Assembly (NCBI GenBank): GCA_965214495.1
Contig: OZ243958.1
Location: forward strand, 22,372 to 86,371
Reading direction: 5' to 3'
DNA from: Alphaproteobacteria bacterium
GTDB lineage: Bacteria; Pseudomonadota; Alphaproteobacteria; UBA7887
DNA length: 64,000 nt
Positions 62,259 to 64,000 of the stretch are shown in pieces. Position numbers and translations under genes: made by a program. Position 1 is the stretch's first letter; every line of letters begins with the position of its first letter. The notes under the pieces are model-generated. The model saw nothing but the letters and a program-made list of their open reading frames with translations. It was not told where the DNA came from and searched no databases.

Positions 62259-63035
62259 ATGAATGACGAAACTGTCATGATCCGTATCGACGGCCCGACC
62301 GCCGTCGTGACCATGAACCGGCCCACGAAACGCAACGCCCTGTCCAAACGACTGCGCGTCGAACTGCGTCGAGCGGCGGAAACGCTCGACGCGCGAGACG
62401 ATCTGTCATGCGTGATCCTGACCGGCGCCGGGTCGGCGTTCTCCGCCGGTGCCGATCTGTCGGAACCCGATATTTTCGGCGACGGCGTGCCCATCGCGCA
62501 GGCGCGCCGCATCGCGCGGCTCGGCGCCGACATGTGCGCCGCATGGGAACGGCTGTGCCCCCTGACCGTTGCCGCGGTCAACGGCGCCGCGGTAGGCGGC
62601 GGACTGTCGCTCGCCGTCGCCTGCGATTTTCGCGTCATGGCGCCCGGCGCGTTCTTCCACGCGCCGGAGGTCGATCTCGGGCTCAATTACACCTGGAACA
62701 CCCTGCCGCGCCTGGGCAATCTGATCGGCCCCGCGCGAACCAAGCTGATCGGCGCGCTGGCCAGGCGCATCGACGCCGCTACCGCGCTCGCATGGGGGTT
62801 GTGCGAAACCGTCGCCGACGACGCCGTAGCGGCGGCGCGCGACCTTGCCGCCGAAATCGGCGAGCGCCCGCGCATCGCCCAGCAGATGGTCAAGGAGTCG
62901 GTCAACCGCCACTTCGCGATGCCGAACTCGCTCTATCTCGACCAGGATCAGATCGTATTGATGAGCACGAGACCCGAGACCCGCGAGCGCGTGGAGGCGG
63001 TCAGAGCGCGCCTGAAGAAGGCGAAACGCGGCTGA
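62259..63035 (+). CDS. Enoyl-CoA hydratase/isomerase family protein
   Basis: NRPTKRNAL, FSAGADL, AVNGAAVGGG, ACDFRV, PEV. Confidence 0.92.
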   Translation: MNDETVMIRIDGPTAVVTMNRPTKRNALSKRLRVELRRAAETLDARDDLSCVILTGAGSAFSAGADLSEPDIFGDGVPIAQARRIARLGADMCAAWERLCPLTVAAVNGAAVGGGLSLAVACDFRVMAPGAFFHAPEVDLGLNYTWNTLPRLGNLIGPARTKLIGALARRIDAATALAWGLCETVADDAVAAARDLAAEIGERPRIAQQMVKESVNRHFAMPNSLYLDQDQIVLMSTRPETRERVEAVRARLKKAKRG

Positions 63036-63101
63036 CCGCCCCGTTCGGGCCGAAACGCGGCCGTGATACTCTGGGCGCCTTTCCGAAATACGGAGCAAAA
63101 C

Positions 63102-64000
63102 ATGGCCCACGGCCTTGACTCGACAGCTGCGATCCATCCTTCGACGTCCTCGATCGGGCAACGCGACCTGGCGAGGCTTTCGGCGCTCGAACGCCGGATC
63201 GCATGGCTCTCGGCATGGACCGTCCATCACGCGAACCATGTCCGGCCTTCGCGCGACGGACTCAAGGTCGGCGGCCATCAGGCGTCGTCCGCCTCGATGG
63301 TGACCTTGCTGACCGCGCTCTACTTCCATGCCCTGCGGCCCGAAGACCGGGTGGCCGTCAAGCCGCACGCGAGTCCCGTCTTCCATGCGATCCAGTATCT
63401 CTTCGGCCACCAGACGCGCGAGAATCTGGAGAATTTCCGCGCCTTCGGCGGCGCACAGGCCTATCCGTCGCGCACCAAGGACAGCGACGATGTCGATTTC
63501 TCCACCGGCTCCGTCGGCCTCGGCGGCGCGATGACCGTCTTCGCATCGATGGTGCAGGACTACCTCCGCTTCCACCGAATCGGCGACGCCGACCGGCCGA
63601 CCGGGCGGATGATCGCCATGTTCGGCGACGCCGAGCTCGACGAGGGCAACGTTTACGAAGCGTTGCTCGAAAGCTGGAAGCACGACGTGCGCAACGTCTG
63701 GTGGGTGATCGACTACAACCGCCAGAGCCTTGACAGCGTCGTGAGCGATCGCCTGTTCGCCCGCCTGGACGGGTTGTTCGAGTCGATGAACTGGCGCGTG
63801 CGCACGATCAAATACGGCAAGCTGCTGGAGGCGCAGGCGCACGAACCCGGCGGCGCGGCACTGCTCGACTGGATCGATCGATGCCCCAACCAGCTTTACG
63901 CCGCCCTCACCTTCAAGGGCGGCGCGGCGTGGCGGCGGCATCTCCAGCGCGATCTCGGCGACAGTGCCGGCATTCGCGGTCTGCTCGATTCTCACGACGA
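63102..64000 (+). CDS. Pyruvate dehydrogenase E1 / transketolase-like protein (AceE-like), truncated by window end
   Basis: Manual translation: GLKVGGHQASSAS, VKPHASP, STGSVGLG, GDAELDEG, DYNRQSLD. Confidence 0.9.
   Translation, partial: MAHGLDSTAAIHPSTSSIGQRDLARLSALERRIAWLSAWTVHHANHVRPSRDGLKVGGHQASSASMVTLLTALYFHALRPEDRVAVKPHASPVFHAIQYLFGHQTRENLENFRAFGGAQAYPSRTKDSDDVDFSTGSVGLGGAMTVFASMVQDYLRFHRIGDADRPTGRMIAMFGDAELDEGNVYEALLESWKHDVRNVWWVIDYNRQSLDSVVSDRLFARLDGLFESMNWRVRTIKYGKLLEAQAHEPGGAALLDWIDRCPNQLYAALTFKGGAAWRRHLQRDLGDSAGIRGLLDSHD

Overview
High-GC alphaproteobacterial chromosome segment, probably Rhodospirillales-like (glnB-glnA, alpha-type gshA, tRNA-His with G-1/C73). Most of it is intact metabolic and core genes: TPP enzyme, LLM oxidoreductase, pduO, larABEC, dusA, a liv-type ABC transporter, gshA, a GH3/acylase/HAD operon, HU, tRNA-Val, a purB-DUF924 fusion, glnBA, xth, thiXYZ-like ABC genes, egtBCD, an Mrp antiporter operon, a phosphate porin, nnr, malonyl-CoA decarboxylase and aceE-like. 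The centre (28.3-40.2 kb) is a CRISPR island. Its type III-B interference module is crippled: cas10/cmr2 is frameshifted, cmr3 is intact, and a deletion has fused the first ~50 codons of cmr4 in frame to the HEPN tail of a TIGR02710-like effector, with cmr1/5/6 absent. cas1, cas2 and cas6 are intact, and there is a 44-repeat/43-spacer array plus an internally deleted group II intron. The most striking signal is in the spacers: several translate into recognisable pieces of cellular chromosomal genes (atpD, gyrB, a class-V aminotransferase, a HigA-like antitoxin, an ankyrin repeat), in both orientations, and one 39-bp target was captured in both orientations with a synonymous SNP. This looks like an acquisition-competent, interference-dead array recording host or neighbour DNA. 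All calls come from reading the sequence and recognising motifs; no searches were run.
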